A DNA stretch of 64,000 nucleotides from Bacteroidaceae bacterium (GCA_045588485.1 JAZNEI010000039.1:9765-73764), one strand, 5' to 3'. Shown: positions 19,871 to 29,682, counted from the stretch's first letter. Program-made: numbers and translations. Notes: a model not told the origin generated them from the letters alone.

Positions 19871-21040
19871 ATGAGATACAATTTTGACGAATTGATAGAA
19901 CGCCGCGGAACAAACAGTGTAAAACATGATGCACTGAATGATGTTTTCGGATGCGATGACATTATACCGATGTGGGTTGCCGACATGGATTTCTGCACTC
20001 CTCCATGTGTCACTGAGACACTCCGACGCAGAGTAGAGCATCCCATATATGGATACACGTTCCTATCGCCACGCTGGAAGCCGGCAATAATAAAATGGGC
20101 GCAGAAGAGATACTCATGGAACATATCCGAAGACGAGATAGGATTTGTTGGTGGAATTGTACCAGCACTTGCATTTGCCATCGAATGCTTTACAAAACCA
20201 GGAGACGGAGTACTTATACAACCTCCTGTTTATCACCCATACGACCACGTTACACGCGATCATGGTCGCTATGTAGTGACAAATCCCCTTAAATTGGTAG
20301 AGGGACGTTATTATATAGACTTCGAAGATTTCGAGCGCAAAGTAAAAGAGTGCAAAGTGTTTCTGCTGTGCCATCCACACAACCCGGGTGGTCGTGTATG
20401 GAGCCGCGAAGAGCTGAAACGTATAGCCGAAATTTGCGATGCCAACAATGTCCTTGTAATTTCCGATGAAATTCATTGCGATATGTTGTTGAAAGGTTTT
20501 TCGCATATTCCTTTTGCCACAGTCTGTGAATGTGCAGCTCGGAACAGCATTACACTTATGGCAGCAAGTAAGACATTTAACATTGCAGGATTAAAGAGTT
20601 CGTATCACATAATCCTCAATCCTGAACTACGTCATAAATATAGTGAGTATCTGCGTATAAACGAACTCGATTTTGCACCTCTTTTCTCTACCGAGGCTGT
20701 TGCAGCTGCATACGAAGAGGGCGAAGAGTGGTTGACACAGATGATGGAGTATGTCGAGAATAATATCAACTACGTTCAGGAGTTTATAGCACAACAGATG
20801 CCAAGATTGTCAATCATACGTCCCGAAGCATCGTATCTGATATTCATAGATGCACGCGGGTTAAAGCTTTCTCAAGGCGAACTAATCGACTTTTTTGTAA
20901 AGCGTGCCAAAGTGGGAATGAACGACGGCGCAATGTTTGGCGAGGGAGGCGAAGGCTTTATGCGAATGAATGTAGGCTGTCCGCTATCGGTGGTACAAAA
21001 AGCGATGAAGCAGATTAAAGAAGCATACGACAAACTGTAA
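19871..21040 (+). CDS. PatB/MalY-family PLP-dependent C-S lyase (cystathionine beta-lyase type)
   Basis: 389 aa. MWVADMDF and the PLP-lysine motif SKTFNIAGLK are characteristic. Confidence 0.85.
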   Translation: MRYNFDELIERRGTNSVKHDALNDVFGCDDIIPMWVADMDFCTPPCVTETLRRRVEHPIYGYTFLSPRWKPAIIKWAQKRYSWNISEDEIGFVGGIVPALAFAIECFTKPGDGVLIQPPVYHPYDHVTRDHGRYVVTNPLKLVEGRYYIDFEDFERKVKECKVFLLCHPHNPGGRVWSREELKRIAEICDANNVLVISDEIHCDMLLKGFSHIPFATVCECAARNSITLMAASKTFNIAGLKSSYHIILNPELRHKYSEYLRINELDFAPLFSTEAVAAAYEEGEEWLTQMMEYVENNINYVQEFIAQQMPRLSIIRPEASYLIFIDARGLKLSQGELIDFFVKRAKVGMNDGAMFGEGGEGFMRMNVGCPLSVVQKAMKQIKEAYDKL

Positions 21041-21051
21041 AAAAGAGAGAT

Positions 21052-21099
21052 AATATAATTAACCACCGACATTCTTATTTGTCGGTGGTTAATTATATT
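21052..21099. terminator. Bidirectional terminator hairpin
   Basis: 19-bp stem aatataattaaccaccgac / gtcggtggttaattatatt between convergent genes. Confidence 0.7.
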
Positions 21100-22517
21100 T
21101 ATGCTTCCGCTGAATTTTCATTGTCATACTCATCGAGATTATCGTTCCACAGATAGTGGTGTGTCTCTTTAATGAGAAGTTTCGAGAGTACAAAAAGAGG
21201 AATAATATTGGGAATAATCATGAATGCAGCAGCGGTTGTACCAAAGTTCCATACAAGTTGTAAAGGCATAATGGAACCTATAAAAGTGGCAATAACCCAA
21301 AAAATACGAAATGTTTGAATAGCTTTACGGCTCTTGCCACCATAGATATATTCAATAGCCTTCTCGCCACAATATGTCCAACCAAGAACTGTGCTGAATG
21401 CAAAGGTAAAGGTTATTATTGTAAGCAGATGCGAACCAAGTGCCGGTATCTGCGAGAAAGCATATTGCATAACCAACCCACCGGCTTCGGGATTCCAGTC
21501 GAAACCAATTGCCAGCATACTGCTCACTGCCACAATACCGGTTATTGTACACACTACCACAGTATCCCAAAAGGTTGTTGTAGAGGAGATAAGTGCCAAG
21601 CGAACCGGATTACGCGATTGAGCAGCTGCAGCGATAATAGCAGCCGAACCCATACCCGACTCATTAGACAAAAGTCCACGGCTTACACCATATTGCAAAG
21701 AAATCATTAATCCACCTATAGCACCTCCACCCATCGCAACAGGCTGGAAAGCCGAATCGACAATAAGTACTATAGCCTGCCATATATACTCATAATTGAT
21801 AAACAATAATGTAATACAGCCTAACATATAAACAACGGTCATTAGGGGAACAAGACTCTCGCACACACGTGCTATACCTTTAAGACCAAAAAATACCACC
21901 GAGCAAACAAGAATTGTAAGCACTGCTGCAGTAATATAAATATCTATGTTATAAGCCTCCTTAAATGTCTCGGCAATAGCATTACACTGTATGAAGTTAC
22001 CGGCACTGAATCCCATTATAAGAGTAAAAATACAGAAAATAACCGCAAGCGATTTTAAATTCAGTGCCCTTGATAATACATACATCGGACCACCCGAAAC
22101 AGTGCCGTCCTTACGATGTACACGATACTTTACCGACAGCAGCGACTCGGCATATTTTGTAGCAATACCCAACACACCTGTCAGCAAACACCACAGCAGC
22201 GCACCGGGACCGCCAATGACAAGTGCCGAGGCCACACCAACTATATTACCAGTACCGATTGTTCCTGCAAGAGTAGTTACAAGCGCTGCGTATGGACTGA
22301 CCTCACCCTCGGAGCCTTTTTCACTTTTTACCGAAAGACGTATGGCCTTGAATATGTAACGCTGAGGAAAACGCAATCTTATGGTTAGGTAAAGATGAGT
22401 ACCAAGCAGGATAAGCAACATCGGCCAACCCCATATTACATCATTTATACTCTGTACCCAATCGTTAAGGCTCGAAAAAAGCCCCTCAATCCACAATCTT
22501 AATTCATTCACATTCAT
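21099..22517 (-). CDS. Alanine/glycine:cation symporter (AGCS) family transporter
   Basis: Start moved to MNVNELRLWIEG. It is polytopic and shows AGCS-like motifs (GTIGTGNIVGVA, GLLSNESGMGSAAI). Confidence 0.9.
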   Translation of the reverse strand: MNVNELRLWIEGLFSSLNDWVQSINDVIWGWPMLLILLGTHLYLTIRLRFPQRYIFKAIRLSVKSEKGSEGEVSPYAALVTTLAGTIGTGNIVGVASALVIGGPGALLWCLLTGVLGIATKYAESLLSVKYRVHRKDGTVSGGPMYVLSRALNLKSLAVIFCIFTLIMGFSAGNFIQCNAIAETFKEAYNIDIYITAAVLTILVCSVVFFGLKGIARVCESLVPLMTVVYMLGCITLLFINYEYIWQAIVLIVDSAFQPVAMGGGAIGGLMISLQYGVSRGLLSNESGMGSAAIIAAAAQSRNPVRLALISSTTTFWDTVVVCTITGIVAVSSMLAIGFDWNPEAGGLVMQYAFSQIPALGSHLLTIITFTFAFSTVLGWTYCGEKAIEYIYGGKSRKAIQTFRIFWVIATFIGSIMPLQLVWNFGTTAAAFMIIPNIIPLFVLSKLLIKETHHYLWNDNLDEYDNENSAEA

Positions 22518-22709
22518 AAAATACTTCTTAATCATCAATAAATCCCCTATGCAACCATCGTGCTTATAAGGGGTTGCGAAGATAAGCATAATTCTTGAAT
22601 TATCAACGCATATTGATGCTGTAACCGCCTTTTTAACTGCCTTTATATATCAACGGGATTGAGTTTAGCTTTTTTTTGGTTAACTTCGCGACGAAAAACA
22701 GGATATGAC

Positions 22710-23351
22710 ATGAATATTGTATTGGATATTGATAATATCGCTATTGAATATGATAAGAAGAGTGTACTGCATAATTTCTCAATGAGGGTAGAACGCGGTA
22801 CCTCAATAGCTGTTGTCGGTACATCGGGATGTGGTAAAAGTTCGCTTCTGAAGGCTATAGTAGGCATTGTTCCGATAAGCAACGGATATATAAGATTAAA
22901 CGGGACCGAACTATCGCCACAGAGTGTCGAGGAGTTCCGTCGCCATATAGCTTACTTGCCACAGGAACTGACATTCCCCTGCGAACGGGTAAGTGAAATT
23001 ATAGATCTTACAATGAATCTTAAATGTAACAGGGAATGTGGAAATAGGGGAGTGCTGTTCGATTATTTTACTACTCTTGGACTTGAGGTTGACATTTACG
23101 AAAAACGTCTGTCCGAAATTTCAGGCGGACAAAGGCAAAGAGTGATGATTGCAGTTGCTGCATTATTAAAGAAAGATATCATTCTGCTTGATGAACCTAC
23201 ATCGGCACTCGATAGTGAGTCGTCGCGTTTGGTTTTTGATTTTCTTACAACATTGGAACACAATCCGACAATAATAGCTGTGACACATGACAGTACATTC
23301 GCCATGATGTGTAATAAAAGTGTAAATATTTGTGATTATGCAAACGACTGA
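22710..23351 (+). CDS. ABC transporter ATP-binding protein (FetA-like)
   Basis: Start moved to MNIVLDID. Walker A GTSGCGKSS, signature ISGGQRQR, Walker B ILLDEP. Confidence 0.75.
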   Translation: MNIVLDIDNIAIEYDKKSVLHNFSMRVERGTSIAVVGTSGCGKSSLLKAIVGIVPISNGYIRLNGTELSPQSVEEFRRHIAYLPQELTFPCERVSEIIDLTMNLKCNRECGNRGVLFDYFTTLGLEVDIYEKRLSEISGGQRQRVMIAVAALLKKDIILLDEPTSALDSESSRLVFDFLTTLEHNPTIIAVTHDSTFAMMCNKSVNICDYAND

Positions 23352-24120
23352 TATTTCTACCATAAGTATGTTGCTTGGACTTCTGCTTATGGCACTACCA
23401 ATATTCTTTTTCTGGAAATATAATACAGGAATGGTAAAGAGCACCATTGTAGCAGTAGGGCGCATGGTAGCTCAACTATTGCTTGTGGGCCTTTATCTGA
23501 AATACCTGTTTCTGTGGGATAATCCGATGCTGAACATTGCTTGGGTTGTTATAATGGTTATTGTAGCAACCGAGACATCACTTACACGCACAAAACTGAA
23601 ACGTTCGGTAATGATGATTCCACTGTTGGTGGGATTCATAACAGCCTCGCTACTTGTAGGAGTATATTTCCTCGGCATAGTCCTTAGGCTCGACAATATA
23701 TTCGATGCACAATATTTTATCCCTATACTTGGTATTCTAATGGGTAATATGCTTGGCGTGAATGTTATTGGACTGAACACTTTTTATTATAATCTGATGC
23801 GTGAAAAAAATTGCTACTACTATCTCTTGGGCAATGGTGCCACAGTGGATGAAGCAACAGCACCTTTTGTGCGTCAAGCACTTACACGTGCATTCAGCCC
23901 TGCAATAGCCAATATGGCAGTTATGGGTCTTGTCGCTCTTCCCGGTACAATGATTGGACAGATTCTTGGCGGAAGCAGTCCCGACGTTGCCATAAAATAC
24001 CAAATGATGATAATTGTAATTACAATATCGGCCTCAATAATCTCGCTGATGTCTACACTCTATCTGTCGAAGCGTGCCACTTTTGATGAGATGGGAAGGA
24101 TTATTGAACCTTTCAAGTGA
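23332..24120 (+). CDS. FetB/YbbM (UPF0014) family ABC permease
   Basis: 262-aa polytopic protein that overlaps the upstream ATPase gene. The pairing is typical of the FetAB iron exporter. Confidence 0.7.
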   Translation: MIMQTTDISTISMLLGLLLMALPIFFFWKYNTGMVKSTIVAVGRMVAQLLLVGLYLKYLFLWDNPMLNIAWVVIMVIVATETSLTRTKLKRSVMMIPLLVGFITASLLVGVYFLGIVLRLDNIFDAQYFIPILGILMGNMLGVNVIGLNTFYYNLMREKNCYYYLLGNGATVDEATAPFVRQALTRAFSPAIANMAVMGLVALPGTMIGQILGGSSPDVAIKYQMMIIVITISASIISLMSTLYLSKRATFDEMGRIIEPFK

Positions 24121-24249
24121 ATATATAAGAATATCAATACTGTTTTATATCTATTGTAGAAGATTTGTAATAGATATATTGCACAAATAATATAATTTAG
24201 TACACCGATAATCGTGCACTCAAAATTTTGAAGTCTCGAGAAAAAACCT

Positions 24250-24257
24250 TACTTTTG
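24250..24257 (+). promoter_or_regulatory. -7 promoter box (TACTTTTG)
   Basis: Exact TAnnTTTG match 17 nt upstream of the TTG start of the nif3-like gene. Confidence 0.45.
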
Positions 24258-24273
24258 CAGAAAATAAAAGAAT

Positions 24274-25374
24274 TTGGCTACTACAGTAAAAGAGATAGCG
24301 AATGCCCTTGAAAAGTTCGCGCCTCTGCCGTTGCAAGATGGATTCGATAATGCCGGACTGCAAATTGGATTAACAGATGCGGAAATTACAGGGGTATTGT
24401 TGTGTCTGGACGTAACAGAAGAGGTGATTGACGAGGCTGTTGCGTTGGGATACAATCTTATTATATCTCATCATCCCCTTCTATTTCGTCCGCTAAAGAG
24501 AATTACAGGCTGCAATTACGTCGAGCGCTGTGTTATAAAAGCATTGAGTAATGGTATTGCAATATATTCGGCACATACCAATCTCGATAATGCACAGGGT
24601 GGTGTAAACTATCATATTGCCCAAAAATTGGGACTTAAGAGTGTTAAGATTTTGGTTCCAAAAGAAAATTCACTGCTGAAACTTGTTACATACGTTCCCA
24701 AGGCACATGCTGCCGAGGTGCGCAGTGCGCTCTTCTCAGTTGGCTGTGGCTCGATAGGCAATTACGACAGTTGCAGCTATAATATTGAAGGTACAGGTAC
24801 ATTCAGAGCCAACGAACAATGTAATCCTTTCTGCGGCGAAATTGGCGAACTGCACAACGAGCCCGAGGTGCGCATTGAAACAGTTCTCCCATCATATATA
24901 AAAAATAGGGTAGTGAGTGCCCTGCTAAAAGTACACCCTTACGAAGAGCCTGCATACGATATATTCCCTATGCTGAATGATTGGCAGTCGGCCGGTTCGG
25001 GTATAATAGGAGAACTCGAAAAGGAGTGCGATGAGTTAGAGTTCCTGCTTAAAATAAAAAGTGTTTTTGCTACCGACTCAATAATGCACACTCCTGTTCG
25101 CGGTAAAAAAATAAAACGTGTGGCATTGTGCGGAGGCGCAGGAGGCTCATTCGCCGGTGCTGCCCTTGCATTGGGTGCCGACCTCTATCTGACAGGAGAA
25201 GCACGTTATCACGAACTCTTCGACAATACCGACAGAATGATGTATGCAATAATAGGGCACTACGAGAGTGAGCAATACACCACAGAGATACTGCACAGAA
25301 TAGTAAAGAGTAGTTTTCCAAAGATTCCGATTGCCACAACAACAGTGTGTACAAATCCAATAAGACATATATAA
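24274..25374 (+). CDS. Nif3-like dinuclear metal centre protein (GTP cyclohydrolase 1 type 2 homologue)
   Basis: 366 aa with a TTG start. APLPLQDGFDNAGLQIG and ISHHPLLF are hallmark NIF3 motifs, and there is an inserted PII-like domain. Confidence 0.9.
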   Translation: MATTVKEIANALEKFAPLPLQDGFDNAGLQIGLTDAEITGVLLCLDVTEEVIDEAVALGYNLIISHHPLLFRPLKRITGCNYVERCVIKALSNGIAIYSAHTNLDNAQGGVNYHIAQKLGLKSVKILVPKENSLLKLVTYVPKAHAAEVRSALFSVGCGSIGNYDSCSYNIEGTGTFRANEQCNPFCGEIGELHNEPEVRIETVLPSYIKNRVVSALLKVHPYEEPAYDIFPMLNDWQSAGSGIIGELEKECDELEFLLKIKSVFATDSIMHTPVRGKKIKRVALCGGAGGSFAGAALALGADLYLTGEARYHELFDNTDRMMYAIIGHYESEQYTTEILHRIVKSSFPKIPIATTTVCTNPIRHI

Positions 25375-25407
25375 ATAAAGAGATATTAATCCTAAATAAT
25401 TAAAGAA

Positions 25408-26220
25408 ATGGCAAAGAAAGATCCTTCTGAATTTACAGTAGAGGAGAAACTTAAAAGTCTGTATCAGTTGCAGACAATCCTCACCGAGATTGACAAGATA
25501 AAGATTCTTCGTGGCGAGCTTCCCCTTGAGGTTAAAGACCTTGAAGATGAGATTGTGGGCCTTGGCACACGTATCGAGAATATCACAAACGATATTAAAA
25601 GAGTGCGAGAGAGCGTTATCGGATTTAAGGAGGAGATGGAGCAGGCTCAGCGCAACATCAACAAATATACCGAAGATCAGAATAATGTACGTAACAACCG
25701 CGAGTTCGATCTTTTAAACAAGGAAATTGAGTATAACAAGCTGGTAATAGAGCACGATGAGAAGAAGATAAACGATGCACGTCGCGAAGAGAAGCAGAAG
25801 AGCGAGGAGCTTGAGAAAGCAAAGACTCAGCTCGAGGAACGTCAGAAAGACCTTGACCTTAAACGTTCCGAACTTGAAGAGATTGTTGCAGAGACAAAGG
25901 CAGAGGAAGAGAAACTTCGTGAACAGGCCCGTAACCTTGAGCTTAACATCGAGTTGCGTCTACTCACATCATTCAAACGTATCCGTAAAAATTCCCGTAA
26001 TGGTCTTGGTATAGTATATGTCGAGCGTGATGCTTGTGCAGGTTGCTTCAGCAAGATTCCTCCTCAGCGTCAGATGGATATTCGTATGCGCAAGAAAATT
26101 ATCGTTTGCGAGAACTGCGGCCGTATTATGATTGACCCCGAGCTTGCAGGTATAAAGCAAGACCAGCCCGAGACACCAGCCCCCAAGCGTCGCAGCATCC
26201 GTCGCAAAAGCGCCGAGTAA
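25408..26220 (+). CDS. Coiled-coil C4 zinc-ribbon protein (COG1579/DUF164 type)
   Basis: 270 aa with a long coiled coil, then CAGCFSKIPPQ...CENCGRIM. Pairing with nif3 is a conserved arrangement. Confidence 0.8.
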   Translation: MAKKDPSEFTVEEKLKSLYQLQTILTEIDKIKILRGELPLEVKDLEDEIVGLGTRIENITNDIKRVRESVIGFKEEMEQAQRNINKYTEDQNNVRNNREFDLLNKEIEYNKLVIEHDEKKINDARREEKQKSEELEKAKTQLEERQKDLDLKRSELEEIVAETKAEEEKLREQARNLELNIELRLLTSFKRIRKNSRNGLGIVYVERDACAGCFSKIPPQRQMDIRMRKKIIVCENCGRIMIDPELAGIKQDQPETPAPKRRSIRRKSAE

Positions 26221-26234
26221 AAAGCATAATATAA

Positions 26235-26276
26235 CCAACAAAAAAGGCATCAATCAATTGATGCCTTTTTTGTTGG
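26235..26276. terminator. Bidirectional intrinsic terminator
   Basis: 18-bp stem ccaacaaaaaaggcatca / tgatgccttttttgttgg between convergent genes. Confidence 0.8.
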
Positions 26277-26287
26277 TACACAGCAAG

Positions 26288-26872
26288 TTATTTCGCTAAC
26301 AGACTGTCTATTGTTGCAACTAACTGTTTAAACTCTGGCTCGACATATCTGCGAGTGAGCATTACAATACGTCCATCGCGGCCGATAAGAACATTACGTG
26401 TAATTCCCGATTTGCGCACTGCATAGCTTGCAAAGACATCGCCTTTATCGTCGAGAAGCATAGGGTAGGTGGTACCCAACTTATTGGTATAAGCCTCTAC
26501 AACATCTTTTGTCTCTTCGCGGTCGACACCGACAAGAACAAAGTCGGGATTCTCTTTATGACGCTGCCAAATATCGCTCTCGATATGCGGCATTTCGTTA
26601 CGACAAATTCCGCACCAACTTGCAGTGAACTGCAACATAACAACTTTACCACGCATCTGCGATAGGGTAAACTCCTTACCGTCAGTGTAACTGAGGGTAA
26701 AATCGGGGGCAACATCACCAACTTTTACAAGATAGTCGTGCTCATAAACAACCACAGAATCCTTTGCCTCTACTGTAGTCTGAGGTGCCTCTTGTGATTC
26801 ACTTGTCTGTTTATTCGCTCCACCGCACGAAATTGCAAGTAGAGCCAGAAGAAAATAAGATATACGTTTCAT
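26288..26872 (-). CDS. TlpA-family thiol:disulfide oxidoreductase lipoprotein
   Basis: 194 aa with lipobox LLAISCGG and thioredoxin active site WCGICRNE. Confidence 0.85.
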   Translation of the reverse strand: MKRISYFLLALLAISCGGANKQTSESQEAPQTTVEAKDSVVVYEHDYLVKVGDVAPDFTLSYTDGKEFTLSQMRGKVVMLQFTASWCGICRNEMPHIESDIWQRHKENPDFVLVGVDREETKDVVEAYTNKLGTTYPMLLDDKGDVFASYAVRKSGITRNVLIGRDGRIVMLTRRYVEPEFKQLVATIDSLLAK

Positions 26873-27004
26873 TTTATTAAGTTTATGTTATATCAAAATG
26901 ATTCAACCGTAAACTTATAGAAAAAAATCGAAATAATAGAGACAAACACAAAAAAATATAGCATCTTTGTAAAGCTTTAAGCCTTATTTACAGAATCAGA
27001 TGCA

Positions 27005-27757
27005 ATGTTAGATATTTATTTTGCCCCTTTACAGGGATATACCGATGATGTTTACCGACGTATTCACTACAAATTTATAGGTGGAGTAAAGAACTATTAC
27101 ACACCTTTTGTGCGTGTCGAGGTGGGAGGAGTACGCTCTAAAGATCTGCGCGATATTACTCCTGAGAATAATAGCAATGTACCTGTCGTTCCACAGATTA
27201 TATTCAACAGCCGTAAGGAATTTGATTATCTTGTCGATAGGGTAGAAAGTGTTGGATATAAGGAGATTGACCTCAATATGGGGTGTCCGTTTCCTCTTCA
27301 GGCAAGACATGGCCGAGGATGTGGAATACTTGCGTATCCCGATATTGTATCCGAGATTATTGAAGGGATAAAAGAGCATAAGGATATTCTTTTCTCGGTG
27401 AAAATGCGGTTGGGTTGGGATAACCCCAATGAGTGTGAAAAAATCATAGAACTGCTTAATAATGTGAAGCTCAGACACATTACACTGCATCCTCGTACAG
27501 GCATACAGCAGTACAAAGGTACAGTCGACCATGATGCTTTTTCTAAAATATATAGACAAAGCAGTAATCCTATTATATATAATGGAGATATACGAACATT
27601 AGATGAGATAAAGAATATCGAAAATAGATTCCCTGATATAAAAGGTGTTATGATTGGCCGAGGATTGCTTGGCACACCTTCGTTGGCTGTTGAATATGCA
27701 AATGATAAACAATGGAGCAACAGCGAGCGCATAGCACTTCATATAAAAAGGTTATAA
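27005..27757 (+). CDS. tRNA-dihydrouridine synthase family protein, apparently 3'-truncated or frameshifted
   Basis: 250 aa of Dus-like TIM barrel (APLQGYTDDVYR, NMGCPFP, LHPRT). This is shorter than the roughly 300+ aa usual for Dus proteins. A different frame continues to 27813 with a plausible C-terminal tail. Confidence 0.75.
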   Translation: MLDIYFAPLQGYTDDVYRRIHYKFIGGVKNYYTPFVRVEVGGVRSKDLRDITPENNSNVPVVPQIIFNSRKEFDYLVDRVESVGYKEIDLNMGCPFPLQARHGRGCGILAYPDIVSEIIEGIKEHKDILFSVKMRLGWDNPNECEKIIELLNNVKLRHITLHPRTGIQQYKGTVDHDAFSKIYRQSSNPIIYNGDIRTLDEIKNIENRFPDIKGVMIGRGLLGTPSLAVEYANDKQWSNSERIALHIKRL

Positions 27758-27811
27758 AAAGCGGAAATCTTAAAAATTATCTTGCTGCAGTTTCAGAGCT
27801 AAAATACCTAT

Positions 27812-27937
27812 AAAATCCTATTAAACATAAGCTATGTTTTTTATTTGTAGGGGCGATATCTAATCCCCATCAGCATTGCAAAATTTCCATCAGAGCGGAG
27901 CAGCGTATCTGAAATTTCAAAATCCTATTAAACATAA
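27812..27937. repeat. Exact 19-bp direct repeat aaaatcctattaaacataa (27812-27830 and 27919-27937)
   Basis: Read directly from the sequence. The copies are 107 bp apart, and the flanks outside the repeat are unrelated. Confidence 0.9.
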
Positions 27938-27996
27938 TATTCATTATAATTCAAAAGGTTAATATTAGGCAGTTATATACTAAATAACACAAGGTA

Positions 27997-28226
27997 AAGT
28001 CGCGCACTTGGTAGGCGGTTAGCCAATATACTTACCACCACGAACGGTCTTACAACCGCTACGGATAATGTAAGTCAAATGACCGTTCCGCACTTTGAAT
28101 TTAATTGTAATTTTACCCATAAGCAAAATCAATTAAGATACAGACAACCATTGCCCTGTCTGCGTGAGCCAACTTGCAATAAATCTCACGAAGAACAAGA
28201 AAGGTTGAAAGCCAAGTGCGCGACTT
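27997..28226 (-). ncRNA. Candidate structured RNA or MITE (module E1) closed by a 15-bp perfect helix
   Basis: aagtcgcgcacttgg (27997-28011) pairs with ccaagtgcgcgactt (28212-28226). Internal hairpins are 28042-49/28081-88, 28141-46/28157-62 and 28163-68/28185-90. On the minus strand a TATATTTG box lies just upstream. Confidence 0.3.
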
Positions 28227-28234
28227 ATTTGTTA

Positions 28235-28242
28235 CAAATATA
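28235..28242 (-). promoter_or_regulatory. -7 promoter box (TATATTTG) on the minus strand facing module E1
   Basis: Plus-strand caaatata. The box ends 8 nt from the E1 closing helix. No convincing -33 element. Confidence 0.35.
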
Positions 28243-28369
28243 GGCAAAATATTGCACGATATTTTGTATTGTGCAAAATAATTGAAAAATAATAAAAAGA
28301 GTTCTTTGAAATATTTTGTTATCTCGTTTATAATTACTATCTTGCGATTGAACCAATACGATAGTAGTT

Positions 28370-29272
28370 ATGAGCAAGAGTAGCGGTTTTCTTTCGTTTG
28401 CAAGCACATTCCCAACCGAGCAAAGCTGTATCGAATATTACGAGCAGATAAGGTGGAATGGCAAAGTTGTTTCTCCATTTGACGAAACAGCAAAAGTCTA
28501 TAAGTGTAAGAACGGCAAGTATCGCTGTGCGAACACTGGAAAGTATTTCGATGTAAAGACCGGCACTATTTTTGCTCATACAAAATTGCCATTAAGATAT
28601 TGGTTCTATGCAATGTTCTTGTTCTTATCTCACAAAAGAGGAGTTTCATCCTGTCAATTAGCGCGAGATTTGGGTGTTACACAGAAAACCGCGTGGAATA
28701 TGTTGCATAAGATACGCGAATATATGGACTGCGAGAACGACCACCAATTAAGCGCAGAAGTTGAGATTGATGAAACCTTTGTAGGGGGAAAGAATAAGAA
28801 TAGGCATAAAGATAAGAAGGTCGAAAAGTGTCAAGGGCGCAGCTTTAAGGATAAAGTGCCTGTATTTGGAATGTACCAACGCGGTGGCAATATTGTAGCA
28901 AAGGTTGTTCCAGACACCAAAGCAAAAACGCTAACCCCGTTATTAGAGCAATATGTATCAACTGAAAGTAGGGTTTTTACTGATGGTTGGGAGTATGGCG
29001 ATATTGACCGCAGGTACGAGCAGTTATCCGTTGACCACGGTGCAGGTTTCTATGGCACATCTTATGTGAACAATGAGGGTGAATACATCGTAGTCTGTAC
29101 CAACGGGATTGAATGCGCTTGGTCGCACCTGAAACGCACAATTTTAGGAACGTATTACAAGATTAGTAAAAAGTATCTACAGCGATATGTGGATGAATTT
29201 ACTTTCCGATTTAATACGCGAAATATTGGAGATTTCCATAGATTTGAGTTACTTTTGCGTAATATCGCTTGA
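28370..29272 (+). CDS. IS1595-family DDE transposase
   Basis: 300 aa. N-terminus is the IS1595 zinc-ribbon-like region (CIEYYEQIRWNGKVVSPFD...YKCKNGKYRC). Candidate DDE residues are in EIDETFVGG, VFTDGWEYG and GIECAWSHLKR. Confidence 0.85.
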   Translation: MSKSSGFLSFASTFPTEQSCIEYYEQIRWNGKVVSPFDETAKVYKCKNGKYRCANTGKYFDVKTGTIFAHTKLPLRYWFYAMFLFLSHKRGVSSCQLARDLGVTQKTAWNMLHKIREYMDCENDHQLSAEVEIDETFVGGKNKNRHKDKKVEKCQGRSFKDKVPVFGMYQRGGNIVAKVVPDTKAKTLTPLLEQYVSTESRVFTDGWEYGDIDRRYEQLSVDHGAGFYGTSYVNNEGEYIVVCTNGIECAWSHLKRTILGTYYKISKKYLQRYVDEFTFRFNTRNIGDFHRFELLLRNIA

Positions 29273-29414
29273 TTATGTCAAAGAAAGTTCACAAAACAAG
29301 TTCTTCTACCGGCAAGTTGCCGACTACTCGAATACCGAAAGTAAAGAAAACGGAGTTCGATAAAATGTTGCGTGCGACTATTAAGCCAACAAAGGGGAAA
29401 GGGAAATAAAAGAG

Positions 29415-29672
29415 CCACGAGGGGGAGAGGGAACAGTTCAAATATTTAGTCGTTTAATCATCAGCGAGAATTGCGTCTCCCGCGACAATGTTCACGAACA
29501 CATTCTATACGCCCAAAACGTATGCGTGTGTACGCATTAACGTGGACGGGCTTGTCCACTCCACAAAAGAGCCGACTTGCCGATACTACAAAATATTTCT
29601 CATTCATTAGATACAAAAATTTAGATTACGGTTGAAGAAATATTGTCGTCGTACAAAGGCTCTCCCTCGTGG
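29415..29672 (-). other. Module E2: about 230 nt enclosed by a 13-bp long-range helix (structured RNA, or small-ORF region inside the IS)
   Basis: ccacgaggg (29415-23) pairs with ccctcgtgg (29664-72), and agag (29426-29) with ctct (29660-63). Internal hairpins include gtggac/gtccac (29543-48/29554-59). It encloses a 48-codon minus-strand ORF (29461-29607). Confidence 0.25.
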
Positions 29673-29682
29673 TTTTATCAAG

